From Elsinoe ampelina (taxonomy: Eukaryota): a stretch of DNA of 64,000 nucleotides. The DNA lies in contig ML992501.1 in the NCBI GenBank assembly GCA_010093995.1, positions 1,580,566-1,644,565 on the forward strand, read 5' to 3'. Within the stretch, counting starts at the first letter, position 1; every line of letters begins with the position of its first letter. The notes beneath the pieces are model-generated. The model was not told the DNA's origin, ran no database searches, and saw only the letters and a list, made by a program, of their open reading frames with translations. Below, piece by piece: positions 46,147-59,100 of the stretch. A program made the translations under genes and the position numbers.

Positions 46147-46544
46147 GTAACGATTTGGCAATTCTTCTGATGCCTTGGGCGGACTCTCTTCGGGTTGGAT
46201 CTGGCTGGTTGCTAGTTGGAATGGTAAACAGATCGTCATTTACTCATATGAACGTTTGTCTCAAATTTGCTCTGCACGGTCTAGAACGTTGAGAGCGAAC
46301 CACAGATGAGATGCTGCAAGATTGAGTGATCTGCGTGATGTGCCGTTGATCTTCACGCGGGACGTCGCGGTTGGAGATCAAGGGAATGACGTCGGTGGGG
46401 AATGCTCTACAGCTGCCCCTCCTTCTTTAATCGCGACATTCTTTGCTAGTTGTTTTCTAGATTGCTCTTCACAAACAGCATAGACTTGACAATTGATCAT
46501 ATTCACGCCTTGTCAGACACTTCCAAGCACTCTATATCAACAAG

Positions 46545-47576
46545 ATGTGAGTAAAGGCGCTCCTGTTCACGCCACAGACTACGTCCAGACACTAACATGT
46601 GTTTCTTCAGGAATCGCTCTCTCTCCGTCCGTTCTCGCAACAAGCACAATGACTCGGCCGCAGCAGCATCTAAGCACCGTTTCGGCATGGCGTCGCTGCG
46701 GGGCATCAGGCAAGCAGAGCTTTCCAAGAAGCTCTACACCTTGATCAAAACCCAGAACCACAGCATCAGCGCATACGAGACCGCCGCCAAGGAGCAAGCC
46801 CACATTGCCTCTCAACTTAGCGACTGGGGCGAGGAGACCGGCGATGAAGCCATCTCAGACATTTCCGATAAGCTTGGTGTCCTCCTTGCTGAGATCGCCG
46901 AGCAAGAAGAGAACTTTGCTCAGAATCTTGAAGACAGCAGAGGCGTGTTGAAGCAGATCCGTAACACTGAAAGTTCAGTCCAGCCATCGCGAGACCACAA
47001 GGCCAAGGTATGTCCAATGCGATCGTTCACCATCACTCCGACTGACTAGCGAAGGTGTCCGATGAGATCCAAAAGCTCAAGTACAAGGAGCCATCATCCA
47101 CAAAGATCCCTCAGCTCGAGCAAGAGCTTGTCCGCGCCGAAGCACAATCCCTTGTCGCAGAAGCTCAACTTACCAACATCACCCGCCAGAAGCTGAAGGA
47201 GGCTTACGACATTCACACCGCAGCCATTATCGAGCGAGCTGAGAAGCAGATCCTTTTGGCCAAGAATGCGCGTGACCTTCTCGAGCTTCTCGACGACACT
47301 CCCGTTGTGCCCGGAGATGAAGCCAGGGCCTTTGAGCACGGGAATGAGGCTAGAGAAGTGTTGAACACTGCTGAAGAGCAGCTCCGCCACTGGTCTCCCT
47401 CGTGGTCTGCACTCACCAGCAATGCCAATGGACTGGGCAATAGCGCTGTACCCAGCCAGGCAAGAGAATCTTCCAGTATCCAGACCACACCCCAGGGCAG
47501 CAGAGTCGGCACAGGCCTCGAAGACAAAGAGACGGTAGCGGAAGAGCCGGCCGCTCCTGTTCCAGCCGCAGCATAG
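46545..47576 (+). CDS. Eisosome BAR protein of the Pil1/Lsp1 family; 2 introns (46547-46610, 47008-47054)
   Basis: Spliced MNRSLSVRS..., QLSDWG, DISDKLGVLL, IRNTESSVQPSRDHK, LEQELVRAEAQSLVAEAQLTNITR, LLDDTPVVPG. Confidence 0.93.
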
Positions 47577-47688
47577 GAATCTGCACGAGACCCCAGCCAG
47601 CGATACTGATATTTTGTTACGAATGATGCGGGGGATAATAGCGGGATAGCGTACCTTGTTTTGAATCCAATCTCCTAGACTCCACCCT

Positions 47689-49058
47689 CTATATCCCCTC
47701 CCCAACCTCATCAAGCCACTCCGGCCCCTCGAATTCCCACTCTGCCACCAACTTATCATAGAAACTCGTACTTACCACCTTCCTCCTCCTGCCCTCACCA
47801 GGCACTACCACAGCTCCATAGCACATACTCTCATGCCCCTCGAACCCCACCACTTCTTCAATCTCCCATCCCCCGTCCCCAGCCTCACTCCCTTCCACCG
47901 CCTCCCCGAACCGCTCACACCTCACCTCCACCACCTTCGCACCGGCATGCATACAAGCCACCAACACAAGCCACTTCCTCCTGCCTTCATCCCTCGAGTC
48001 GACCCATTGAGATATGATCGACGTTCTCCACACCCCTCCTCCGAGGTTCAGCTCAGCGAGTGTCCGCGCAACGGGCTTTCGCTCCGGTCGTACAACGCGG
48101 ATATGGTCGTCGTAGGAGCCCGTGAGGAGGATAGATGTGGGCGGCGCTGAGGAAGAGGAGTCCCGGGGGGAGGTGAAGAGGGGGAGGATGGAGACTACGC
48201 CGGCGGTGTGCACGCGAGTTGTTATTGAGGTGGGGAGGGGGAGGAGGGGGGAGGGGTCGGCTGGGGTGGTGGTGCGGGAGAGGGTGAGGGGGGAGGTGGA
48301 TGGGGGGCCAGACGGGAGGGGTTTGAAAGTGAGGGGACTGGGGGCCAGGTGCGCGGTGCCGAGGGTGGAGTCGTCGGCGCCGAAGAAGAGGTGCGTGCCT
48401 GAGGGGGAGAAGGAGAGGGTCCAGGCTTCGAGGGGGGAGTGGTGGAGGGGAGCGAGGGAGATGGAGGGGTCGGTAGGTTTGTTGGTACCGGTACTGGTGT
48501 TTGTACTGGGAGATATGTTGACAAGGCATGTGTGTCCGATGGAAGTGGTGATGCCGAATATGCCTGGTTGGGTGGGATGGAATTCGAGGTCTAGGATCAG
48601 GATGGAAGGGTCGAGGATTTGCATCTCGTGGACGAAAGCCAGGTCGAGGACGGGACTGTCATGACACGGGTTGTCTTTACTCTGAACACGGTACTCGATT
48701 ACACTACCCACAGATGTGGCGGCGTACAGACGTGTTTGATCATGGGGATCGATAGCGATGTCGAGGATGCCAGACGTGACCGCGAATTCTTGGAGAGCGT
48801 GGCTGGATCTTTGTCAGTCGAATGACCTGCAGTGACGGACATGCAAAGGAGAACGAGTGGGCAGACTAACAAATCGTCACTCCCCAGCTGGTATATCGTT
48901 ATGCCTCCACTTCTGCGCTGGTTGCTCGAGGGAGACGCAGTGTCCTCGCTCTGGTCAAGGGCATACGTGCCGACTATGACCTGGTCTTGGTAACCAGGCG
49001 CAAATGCAACGCAGCTCACAGGCTGCTTAGCTTTTATAGATTTAAGCAAACGCATCAT
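47689..49058 (-). CDS. DPH7: Diphthine methylesterase Dph7/Rrt2-like WD40 protein; 1 intron (48803-48870)
   Basis: VIVGTYAL, GILD, HSPLEAWT, GADDS, HTAGVVSI, LLTGSYDD, LGGGVWR, ACMHAG, HESMCYG, STSFYDK. Confidence 0.87.
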
Positions 49059-49247
49059 TCTAGATTTGGATCTGTTGTCCGAGTCGAGGTCACGACGTAT
49101 ATGTTTCCGCTTGGCGTTGATGAGGTTGAAATTTTCTAACCTTTGCTCCGTCATACCTCATCGGCAAGATCATCATATGGTCTATGCAAATCGACAGTAT
49201 TTTGACATGTCATCAATGCAGTTCTGATCAGATCGAGAACTAGTGAG

Positions 49248-50991
49248 ATGGCCTCCAAGATGTGAGTGCTCGAAGTCGAGAAGATTGTGAATCGTCTCCG
49301 GACGGGCTTCACCATCATGTGGATCAGCTGTATCCACCACATGGGACTGACTTGTCTTCAGAGCTGTCATTGGCGATGTCAACGGATCTATCAGTGCCGT
49401 TTTCGCAAAGCTTGCAACTCTCCACGCGAAGAATAATTTCTCTTTTGCCTTGATGGTCGGATCATTGTTCAGCCCCAACAGCGACGACGAGGACCATGCC
49501 GCCGACCTGCTGAAGCTTCTCAAGGGTGATATTGTCATACCACTGCCGACGTACTTTGCTCTTGGACGTCATCCACTACCAGAGGCTGTGAAAGCGAGAC
49601 TGGAGAATGATGGCGAGGTCTGCCCAAACCTATTCCTCCTCGGCAGAAGGACGACTATCAAGACCTCAGAAGGCGTCAAGATCGTGGCGCTAGGCGGCCA
49701 ATTCTCAGCTGAGACCACTGAAGTAGACGAGTATACTCCATCGTATTCTGCGACAGATGTCAAGGTACTCAAAGGCGCGAACTCGGCAGACATTCTTGTG
49801 ACCTCGGACTGGCCTGCAGGCATCACCACGGGATCAAAGGTACCACTCCCGTCCGAGGTTGAGCGGACTGAACAACAGATAATATCAGATCTTGACCTGT
49901 TGCTCAAGCCACGTTACCATTTCAGTACTGCATCGCATTTCTATGAGCGAGAACCTTTCTTCCATCCACGAACCGAAGATGGCGCTGGATATCAGACCTC
50001 ACGCTTCATCTCGCTCGCACCATACGGTAATTCATCAAAGCAGAAGTGGATCTATGCTTTTACACTAGCAGCTACGACTGATCTGCCCTCGACCATTCCA
50101 GCAGGGACCACGGCAGCACCACTCAGTCTTTCGTCAGGACCTGTAAAACGCAAAGCCGCAGCGCCATTCACTCGCTTCGGCGATTCGACCTATACTTCTT
50201 CACGCCCATCAAAACGAGCTCGTCCTCCAACGGCACCGTCAGAATGCTTCTTTTGCCTCTCCAACCCGAATGCAGCTACCCACCTGATCACCTCGATAGG
50301 CGACTCGGCCTACCTCACCACAGCCAAAGGTCCGCTGACGACCTCGACCACCTTCCCGACTCTTAACTTTCCTGGGCACATCCTGATCATTCCATTATCA
50401 CACTCGCCCACTCTGGCGACGATCGAAGCCGACTCGCGAACTACAACACGGAAAGAGATGCACCGGTATCGCCATGCCCTGCAAGACATGATCGCCACTC
50501 GTAGCAAGGACGCGGCTGAGACTCACAAGCTCGGCACCGTCACATGGTCCATCAGTCGCGCGGGTGGTGTCCACTTACATTGGCAATTCCTCCCCATTGA
50601 AAGAGATACGATCGCCAAAGGTCTCGTGGAGGCAGCCTTTAAAGTCCAAGCTGAGAACGAAGGGTATCCTCGATTCGAGAAGACACGGACAATTCAACGT
50701 AGCAATGGAGCAGAAGATACAGAAGAAGAGGAGAGACAGGACTACTTCCGCGTCTGGATCGCAGGATGCGAGGAGGCAGGCGACGGTGAGGAGAAGGTCA
50801 TGACTCTTTACCTTGATGCGGGGTTCAGGTTTGACCTGCAATTTGCGAGAAAAGTGTTGGCTAAGCTGATGGGATTGGAGAGCAGAGGAGATTGGAGGAA
50901 TTGTGGGCAGGCCGTGGAAGAAGAGGAGAAGGATGCGGAGGGATTCAAGGAAGGCTTCAAGGGATGGGACTTTACGCTTGAGGATGATTGA
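49248..50991 (+). CDS. DRN1: CWF19-like 1 / Drn1 (pseudo-metallophosphoesterase plus CwfJ domains); 1 intron (49262-49361)
   Basis: Spliced MASKI-AVIGDVNG, DILVTSDWP, KPRYHF, FYEREPF, CFFCLSNP, TAKGPL, GHILIIP, HLHWQ, FDLQFAR. Confidence 0.88.
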
Positions 50992-52276
50992 GGTGGCATT
51001 TTTGAGTGGGCATGGTTACCTGGATAGGGAGGACACTTGTGTTGGGCATCGAAGGTAGACGGCCCTTAAGGGAGGCACATGAGCAATGCCACCAGCCGTT
51101 GAATGCTCCCAGCCTCAGCAGGCAGTGACTCAAGCCCTCCTTCATCGAGAGCAGCAGAGTAATTAGCATGAAAGTACCATTCAGAACAGGTTTCTTCCTT
51201 TATCACTCTCACCATCGCTGATGCCCTGCAACACAATATCATCCATAACGCGCAATCTCCTTCCGCCAGACACGACATGAAGTCGCGATCTACCCTGTAT
51301 CGCAAAATTGATCCCACGTCAGCGGCGTGCCCTTTCCGGCGCGGAAATAGCATCAATCCCATACCATGCAAGATTACCGACAGGTACGATCTTCAGGTAC
51401 CCGCAACCATGACGCCTGAAACACCATGGACATGTGTCACCCGACAAGTCCTGATACAGGCGCTATGGTCGATCATCGAGGATCGCCGCACGTGCAAAAT
51501 CCGGTACACAGCACGAAGCGATGAGAAGAACTTGTTCGACCAGGGCGTGGGAAGGATGCGGGCATCGAGATCTTGGAGTTGGGTTTGGTTGCGCTAACGC
51601 CGGATGGGGGGATCGGGATGGGCTTTGGGAGAGACGGGCTGTCATGGACGGGGGACACTGGGTGGACCGGAGTTGGGCAGTGTAGAGGAGGGAATTTCGA
51701 TGAGTGAGCGTGTTTCAGCGGGGAGTGAGAGACGCGTTGGAACTGGAGGTGATGGTCACGTTGCAGACATGGAGAGATGGACAAAAAATGGCCGGTCGGA
51801 TGTGATAGACCCTGTGATGGAAGAGGCACTCGTCGATGCTGACGAAAAGACAGCCAGCGGACTGAGCTTCTGCCTGGCAGATCCGGCAGACAGATGGGAC
51901 CCAACGGAGAAGCATGCTCGCACCAAGACGACATAGCGAAAGCTTCACGATTCGTCGCCCGTGGTCAAAAAAACGTGTCAGGGTCCGTTTGGCTTGAGCA
52001 CGGTTGGGAAGAGAAAGCAATCGACGGGCTTGGGGGAGGACTGGCGAGGGCTTCGGTGGTGGGTCTCATTACGGGACCAGGCAAGAGCACGAGCAATGGG
52101 GCCTGTCATGAGTCGGCATCCGGCGGTGAGGGACGAAAAGCACAGGCTACCAATTGTCCAGAAGGCTAAAGTGCCATGCTCGACCAGCGCGATAGGAAAC
52201 ATGCCAGCCGAGCATGGATTTCTATGGGTTTGTTTCGCAGTTTTCAATTTGTGCAATTTTGATATCAGGTGAGCAA

Positions 52277-52299
52277 CACGAAAAGTACGCGTGGCGCGT
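52277..52299. promoter_or_regulatory. Adjacent SCB (CACGAAAA) and MCB (ACGCGT) motifs
   Basis: CACGAAAA at 52277-52284, ACGCGT at 52287-52292 and GCGCGT at 52294-52299, in the long region upstream of the 53404 gene. Confidence 0.4.
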
Positions 52300-53403
52300 A
52301 GAGTGGCTTGGCGGGACAATCGTCGACTTTTGCGGCCCCAATTCAGGTCAGATGTCGATGGGACAGCTGTTTGCGATTCGACTCTTCGATCCCCGCAGCG
52401 GTGGCCGATTCAAGACGGCAGAAATGCCATCCAGGGTCTGCTGGTACCAGTCAAAGAAGAACTATCGAGCCATCGATCCGCTGAGGCTCCATTTCGCTGG
52501 TAGAGCCGGCCCAACGCTAGGCCCGAGAGTTGACTCGCGTCCAGAATGCAAGACTCGCGCAGAAATGGCCAGCCGCTGCAGCTGCACGTCGGTGAGGGGC
52601 ATGGCTTGCTGGGTGCATGAGAGCTTGAGCTCCTCGCTGTCAAAGACCCGCTCCCCGCTGCAGGACGAAACGCAGAAGGGCGCTTACTCAAGTCCCCAAT
52701 CAACCTGGGGTCTCGTTGTTTTTGTTATGTGTTTACAAGTGACGTCCTCGAATGTCACTTTCAGCTGTTAGGAGTCGCGTTACATATGCGTAAAGGACGA
52801 GACGAGCTACCGCAAAGCTGAACATGGTAAATGACATAGGTGGATGAGAGAGCATCGAGATGGAGACATGGTCTGAAAGACAACCTGTACCATCGATCCA
52901 GCTATTCTCGAGATAGTCTTGCAAGCGCTGGTTCTTCTCACATGACCGAAATGGGGATAGCGTGGTGATGGCACGGACCACAGCGTGTGTGAAATGGTCG
53001 GCTCGCTGATTTTGGGGTTTCTGGTTTTCGCAGCCCTCGCCCACTCTTCCTCGCATCCTCTTCCCGAACATCACCATCGACAATCCCGCCTCTCCAACTT
53101 CACATCCTACCTTTTCGCCACGCTCACTGCTCGACTATTGCTCTGCTCGCTGACGCTTCCACTGGACAACGCGCGCAATCACTCGAATAGTTTCTTACTT
53201 TCTCTCAGGTTGTTTACCGCCGTCGCGATGCGCAGATAGTCCTTGCGATCGAGTGGTGGACGCCTCCCGAAAGAAAGGCACCGCGAAACAAACACAACTT
53301 CACCTCTACATAGCGCGACTTGCGCGAAGCAATTGCTAGGCTTGCCAGCATATTACATACCTATCACCGTTTTCCACAATCGACTATCCGACCGGTCGCA
53401 AAG

Positions 53404-55161
53404 ATGGGACCCAAACCTTCAATGTCAATCACTTTGCCGCGCAACTTCACATTTCACTGCAACGGCCGCGACATGCCTACTACACCAGAACCTCAGATGA
53501 TGGATGAAGAGCAAGTTGTTACACACCCTCCACCGCCGCCGCGCCAGACTTTCAAGGTCCGCCGTCGCAAAGCCGACAATGTTCCCCGCGATATCCTCTC
53601 TGACATCGATTGCGACGGTCTTCCTACATTTGAGATGACTGAAGCAGATGCAGAGATGAGCCCAGACAGCGACTCCGGTTACATACCCGGTTATCTTGCG
53701 CCAGCAGCACAGGCGAATCGCCCGATCACCCCTCCCAAGACGCCGGTCTCCCAGATCACATACACGCTCGACAACAAGCCATCAGAATGGTCTTTCACCG
53801 GAGAACGCCTCGAGCGCCCCTCGTCATCATGCTCAAACTTCTCAAACTCCTCGGCTTCGTCAATTGGTAGCAGCATCCAATCTTTCCCCTCTTTTGGTAG
53901 CTTTGGCGCCTCTGGCAGCTGCACTTCTCCGGAGAGCGACACTAATGATGTTTTTCATGCAGAGTCAAAAGATGGCGATCCAATGTTTTCGCCAGATCTT
54001 CTACAGACTTCACCCGCTGCTAAGCGCTCCAAGACGAATCGTAGCGCCATGTGGAACGACGAGACCGACAACCACCTCATGCAGACATACGCCAAATATC
54101 TCGCAGATCCAGAATTGACGCCCTTCAAGATGCTACCCGGCACGGCACCTCCACTTGGTGTCTGCAGCAGAGTTGCTCGCGAGGCCAAGCACTCATGGAA
54201 GGGATCCAAGACATGGTCGCACTGGCCATGCACCGAGTCAGGTACCCGCAAGCGACTCCGCAAGCTATGCAAGAAGCAGCCCTCGCTCTCAGCGCACTAT
54301 CAGCGTCTGGTCAAGATGAGGACCCCGTCGCCATTCGAGTCAAGCAGCAGCAGCCCTCAGACAAGACCAAGCACTGTCACCTCGGCCTCGCTGTCTGCAC
54401 TCAAGTCTACACATCAAAGACCTCGCATCACGACTTCCGAAGGACCTTTCTCGACCTTTCCCTCGGAACCTCCTACTGTTGCTCGCGAGGCACCTCGACC
54501 AGATGAATGGTACCAGCGTGTCGGTCGTTCGCAGGCTCATCAGAAGAGCCAGTCGCTTCAGATTGCTCTCGGTGGCGGCTTCTCCTTTGGCGATCTCGAG
54601 TCACCATTTGACGACAGCAGCTTCAAACGTACCGACGCATCCTCCTCAACAGCATTCCAGTCCACACCACTCACCAGCGAAACGCACTCTATTTCCAACC
54701 AGGCGTCGATGCTCAAATCCCCACTCGAGTTACATGCGCCTATTCCCAGCAATCGATCGTCGCTGAAGCGCCGCCATGGTATCCTCGACAGCAGCCCGGA
54801 CAATGTCAACCGACTTGAAAATCTGTTCGCCGGGCACGCGCCAGCTCCTCGTCGCCCTATCCGCGATCGCTCATTCAGCCTCGGCGCGGTTCGCCACAGC
54901 ACTCGCAACTTGTCCATGTCCTTCTCTCGACCTCCTATTCCAGAGATGCCACAGGCCGAGAATATCCACATCCAGCAGCTTCGTTCCGATGCTGCAGACC
55001 AGACTCGTCTCGGATCGCCCTTCGCAGCACCTGCAAACCCTTTCAACACCTTCCCTCGCCGCATTGCCCAGCCTGGTCTCGACTCCTCCCAGCCGTTCCG
55101 CCCCAATCTCTCACTCGAAGGCCGCTTCCGTGAATTGGCTGCCCAGGCCACGCGCCAGTAG
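53404..55161 (+). CDS. Uncharacterised Ser/Pro-rich fungal protein (585 aa)
   Basis: Long ORF with a compact central block (WNDETDNHLMQTYAKYLADPELTPFK..PG.APPLGVC.RVAREAK..W...WP...TRKRLRKLCK) and many SP/TP sites. Confidence 0.85.
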   Translation: MGPKPSMSITLPRNFTFHCNGRDMPTTPEPQMMDEEQVVTHPPPPPRQTFKVRRRKADNVPRDILSDIDCDGLPTFEMTEADAEMSPDSDSGYIPGYLAPAAQANRPITPPKTPVSQITYTLDNKPSEWSFTGERLERPSSSCSNFSNSSASSIGSSIQSFPSFGSFGASGSCTSPESDTNDVFHAESKDGDPMFSPDLLQTSPAAKRSKTNRSAMWNDETDNHLMQTYAKYLADPELTPFKMLPGTAPPLGVCSRVAREAKHSWKGSKTWSHWPCTESGTRKRLRKLCKKQPSLSAHYQRLVKMRTPSPFESSSSSPQTRPSTVTSASLSALKSTHQRPRITTSEGPFSTFPSEPPTVAREAPRPDEWYQRVGRSQAHQKSQSLQIALGGGFSFGDLESPFDDSSFKRTDASSSTAFQSTPLTSETHSISNQASMLKSPLELHAPIPSNRSSLKRRHGILDSSPDNVNRLENLFAGHAPAPRRPIRDRSFSLGAVRHSTRNLSMSFSRPPIPEMPQAENIHIQQLRSDAADQTRLGSPFAAPANPFNTFPRRIAQPGLDSSQPFRPNLSLEGRFRELAAQATRQ

Positions 55162-56145
55162 CCGGTCATTCTCAACACAGCATATTTTACCAGCGCAAGC
55201 TGAACGGTACGACACAAGATACCCGCTCTGAGATTATGGGCACACATCCTCCCTTCTTAGCAAGTCAGACAGAGTCGACTGCTGCATCTTCACTATCCCA
55301 CATCATCACCACCAGCTTCTGGCCAATAACACCAGCTTCTACGACTATCACAGCTAGTCGCACACATACACGACCAACGATGACGAATATGACCCATGAC
55401 ACGAAGCATTCTGAGCCTTTCATGCGACTGCAACCTGCAATGTTACCGTACTGCTTTAATTTGCGATTCTGTTCAATTATGCTCGGACTTTACAGTTGTC
55501 CTGCTTTTCTGTTTTCTGCTTTTCACGATTCTGGCGAAAGTCCTCTTATATCTGCCCAGAGCAGATGCGACTTTCCGACCAGATCAGGGAGCTGCATGAG
55601 GTGGAGTCTTGGGCATCGGCGATGCTAGACGGTATGGGAGGATGCTTGATCGTTTGCCAGCCTTGAGGTTGCGCCATACGATAGAGAATAGCTTTTATTC
55701 ACGAGACGGGCTGTCAGGTACTGTCTTCAGTCAAGACACAGACCCGCAATCAAATCATGAAAATCAATCCTTGCTCCCTTGCCGTGTACCTGCAGCGACT
55801 TTAGATTGACCTGCACGTTTGGGACAGCAGTTCATGTCGAGTCGTGCGGCATACCCGCCTTGCAGCGTGTGCATGTTTGCAGCAGGGATGATGTGAGATA
55901 ATCATGTGAACGCATGCAAATACTTGTATTGTAATAATATTAATATGATCAATGACAAGAAGATTGATTGAATGATCAATTCATTCCCTGTAACTTGAAT
56001 CAAAAACGCGATGACATGAAAGCAAGCTCCATCCAAGCTCCCAAGTATTTCCCCGCTGACTAAGCCAGTGTTTACCTTTGTCAACACAACCATCTCCCTC
56101 CATCCTCTTTTCCACGCACACCACCACCACTCCACCACCACCACA

Positions 56146-59100
56146 ATGGCCGCCCCTCCAGACGACCGACCAGTAGACTTCACCCTCCTTGAATCCCACA
56201 AAGAAAACATCACCTCCCTCCCCTCCGGCCGCTCCGCCAAAGCTCTCGCGGCCATCTACTCGCCGCCCCTCACCGCCCGACCATCCGAACACAACGACGC
56301 TCACTCGGCGCAACGCAACGCGTTCGAAGCAGAAGTCGTACTTCTCGACGAAGCGGACGACCCATTGGACGTCTGGGAGCGGTACGTCCGCTGGATCGAA
56401 GGGGCGTATGCCGACCCCGCTGCGCCGGCTGCGGGCCTCTGCGGTGTCTTGGAGCGAGGGACGAAGAGTCTACTTAAGAGGGCGGAGTACAAGAATGATG
56501 TGCGCTACTTGAAACTATGGTTGCGGTACGTGAGGCTGTTCGCCGAGAGTCCGAGGGAGGTGTTTGTTTACCTTGCGCGCAACGGGGTAGGGGAGGGATT
56601 GGCGCTTTACTATGAAGAGTTTGCGGGGTGGTTGGAGGGGGAGGGGAGGTGGAGTCAGGCGCATGAGGTCTATACGCTTGGTATGGAGAAAGGGGCGAGG
56701 CCGGTGGAGAGGTTGGGGAGGAGGTTTGCTGAGTTTGAGGCGAGGAGGGGGGCAAAGGGGGAGGAGGGCGCGAGGCCGGATAGTCCTGCGTTGCCGGTTG
56801 TGAGGGCTGTGTTGGGGGAGAGGGTAGATCCTTTTGCGGCGGGGCAGAGGGCGCAGGCTGGTGCGGACAAGGCGGAGGGGAAGAAGAAGAAGGCGAAGAT
56901 GGCGATTTTCGCCGACGGAGAGGCGAAAGAGAGCGTGCTTGGTAGTGGGGATGGGAATTGGGATTTTGGAACAACGGCGGGGAGGAAGGTTGAAAATGAC
57001 AAGGAGGCAGGGAAGTGGGAGGGTCAGACGCTCAAGGTGGGCAAGACGAATGGTGGGATGGAAAAGATGAAGATCTTCAAGGTGAGTGCCGCTTCTGTTA
57101 GTCCGGACGGACGTGATACTGAAGGGACAAGGACTAATCGGCGGTCGGTCGAGCAGGGTGAGACCTCGTCACAGCCGTCGGAATCGAAGAGCAATCACGA
57201 GGCACAGTGCACGATTAATCCACGGACGGGGAAGAGAGAAGTTGTGCATGTCAACTTGGATGTGGTATACACGGATATTGGACGGACAAAAATCGAATTC
57301 AGTTTTGAGGAAGTAATGGCTAAGCACCGCGGGTGGCTAGAAAGAGACTGGAAGGTGGAGAATCGCGCGAGAGATGAAGAGACCAGGAGAATGAAATTTG
57401 CGTCGCCAGACAAGAAGCCGAAAAAGAAGGGTGGCTTTGAGATCTTCCATGACAGTGCTACACCAGAAGCAATGGTGTCGCCTGTCGTCGTGGTCCCACA
57501 ACCTATCCAGGCCGAGTCGTTGCCAGCAAGGACAGTCGTCTTGAATGACGAGAATAACGAGAACGCCATTCGACGACCAGCCAAGGACAAGAATGATGTG
57601 GCGAAGCGGATGCGAAAGGAGGAAAAGGCCAACAGAACAAGAAAGATCAAAGTGATGGAGGTCAGGCACGAGAAGAAGGAGACTCAGACTGTACAGCTCA
57701 ACTTCGCCTCACCTACTGGACCCAAACTGCGGCGAAAGAGAACAGCAGATCCGACTGTCACGATCAACACGAAGGAAGCTATGGATGAGATCTACGGCAT
57801 TTTTGATCAGCCTGCAGAAGGAGATAGCTCTAGCAGTGAAGAAGAAGCTGACGACAGTGACGATGACTACACCAGCGGTGCCGAGAGTACTACTACCGGA
57901 CGGATCTCTGCACCAACCAGCGAGTATGGCGAGGAAACCCGCAACGAGATCCTTCAAGCGCATCAAGCCATGGGGACACTTGAAGACGGAGAGGACTCGG
58001 AAGGTGAAGCTGCGACGACAGATGCTGAAGAGCGAACGGAGCATACTGGATGGTCTGACTTTACCACGAGCAAGCACATGCCTCGAGAGGATGACTCGCC
58101 ACCCCACAAGTCGAAGCTGCAGATCTTTCAAGACGACGCAGAATCTCACCAGGCTGCCACGCACGTGGAAGACGACCATCTCACTCCATGTGAGGATGAT
58201 CCTTCTTCACCTCGCACTATGTATATCCCTATTCCCCCTGAAGACTTTGAGGCTTCGAATGCGACCTACCGCAGTCGAGCGATCATGGCAAACAATAGGT
58301 TGCCGTTCATGACGCCAATCGCAGAGCAGACAGAGTCATCTATCGGCACCTCAAAGACCGAGAAAGAAAAGGACTACTTCACATCAAAGACGCCTAGCAG
58401 GCAGACTCAACCTGTACAGCCGATTCTAGAAGACAGCGACGAGACATGGAGCAGCCCTTTTCAAGATCAGATGAGCGACTCCTCCAATGACAAGCAATTC
58501 TTGATCAAGCAGAAGAAGGTGGTGAGTCTACAAGCTCTCACTCCGATCACCTCGTCACTGGACGTCACTGGTCCTATCATCCCTGACAAGCAAGTCAACC
58601 CTTGCGACCCAGCAATCCGAGACATCATCTTGGCTCAGATGCGACCAGCATTGTCCACCTACCCTGGTTTCTTCGACCACCGTTCCGAGGGAGAGAACAC
58701 TCGTCTCGCCGAGATCAAAAAGTATGCCAAAGCCGTCGGGAGCAAAAAGGGCAACAACGGCGACAAGACCGGCAGCACACTGTCATTCCCTCCCACCATC
58801 ACCTTTTCCGGCACAGACAACACCTACACCGTCAAACGCGAACTCGGCTGCGGCGCCTTCGGCCCCGTCTACCTCGTCGAGCGCCACTCCTCTGACCAAT
58901 CTCCCACCTCCCGCGGCACCCTCGAAGCCATGAAACTCGAGCTCTCCCCCCCTTCAGCCTGGGAATTCCACATGCTCCACCTCTCCCACCTGCGCCTCTC
59001 CTCTTCACCCCGCCTCCTCCCCTCCCTTATCCCCGCCCACGAACTCCACCTCCACCCCAACGCCTCCTTCCTCCTCGAATCCTACTCCCCCACCGGCACC

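Noticed and set aside
51066..52771. Several 100-185 aa ORFs between DRN1 and the 53404 gene
   Set aside because: Mostly non-ATG starts, overlapping on both strands, no motifs or coding bias; treated as intergenic.
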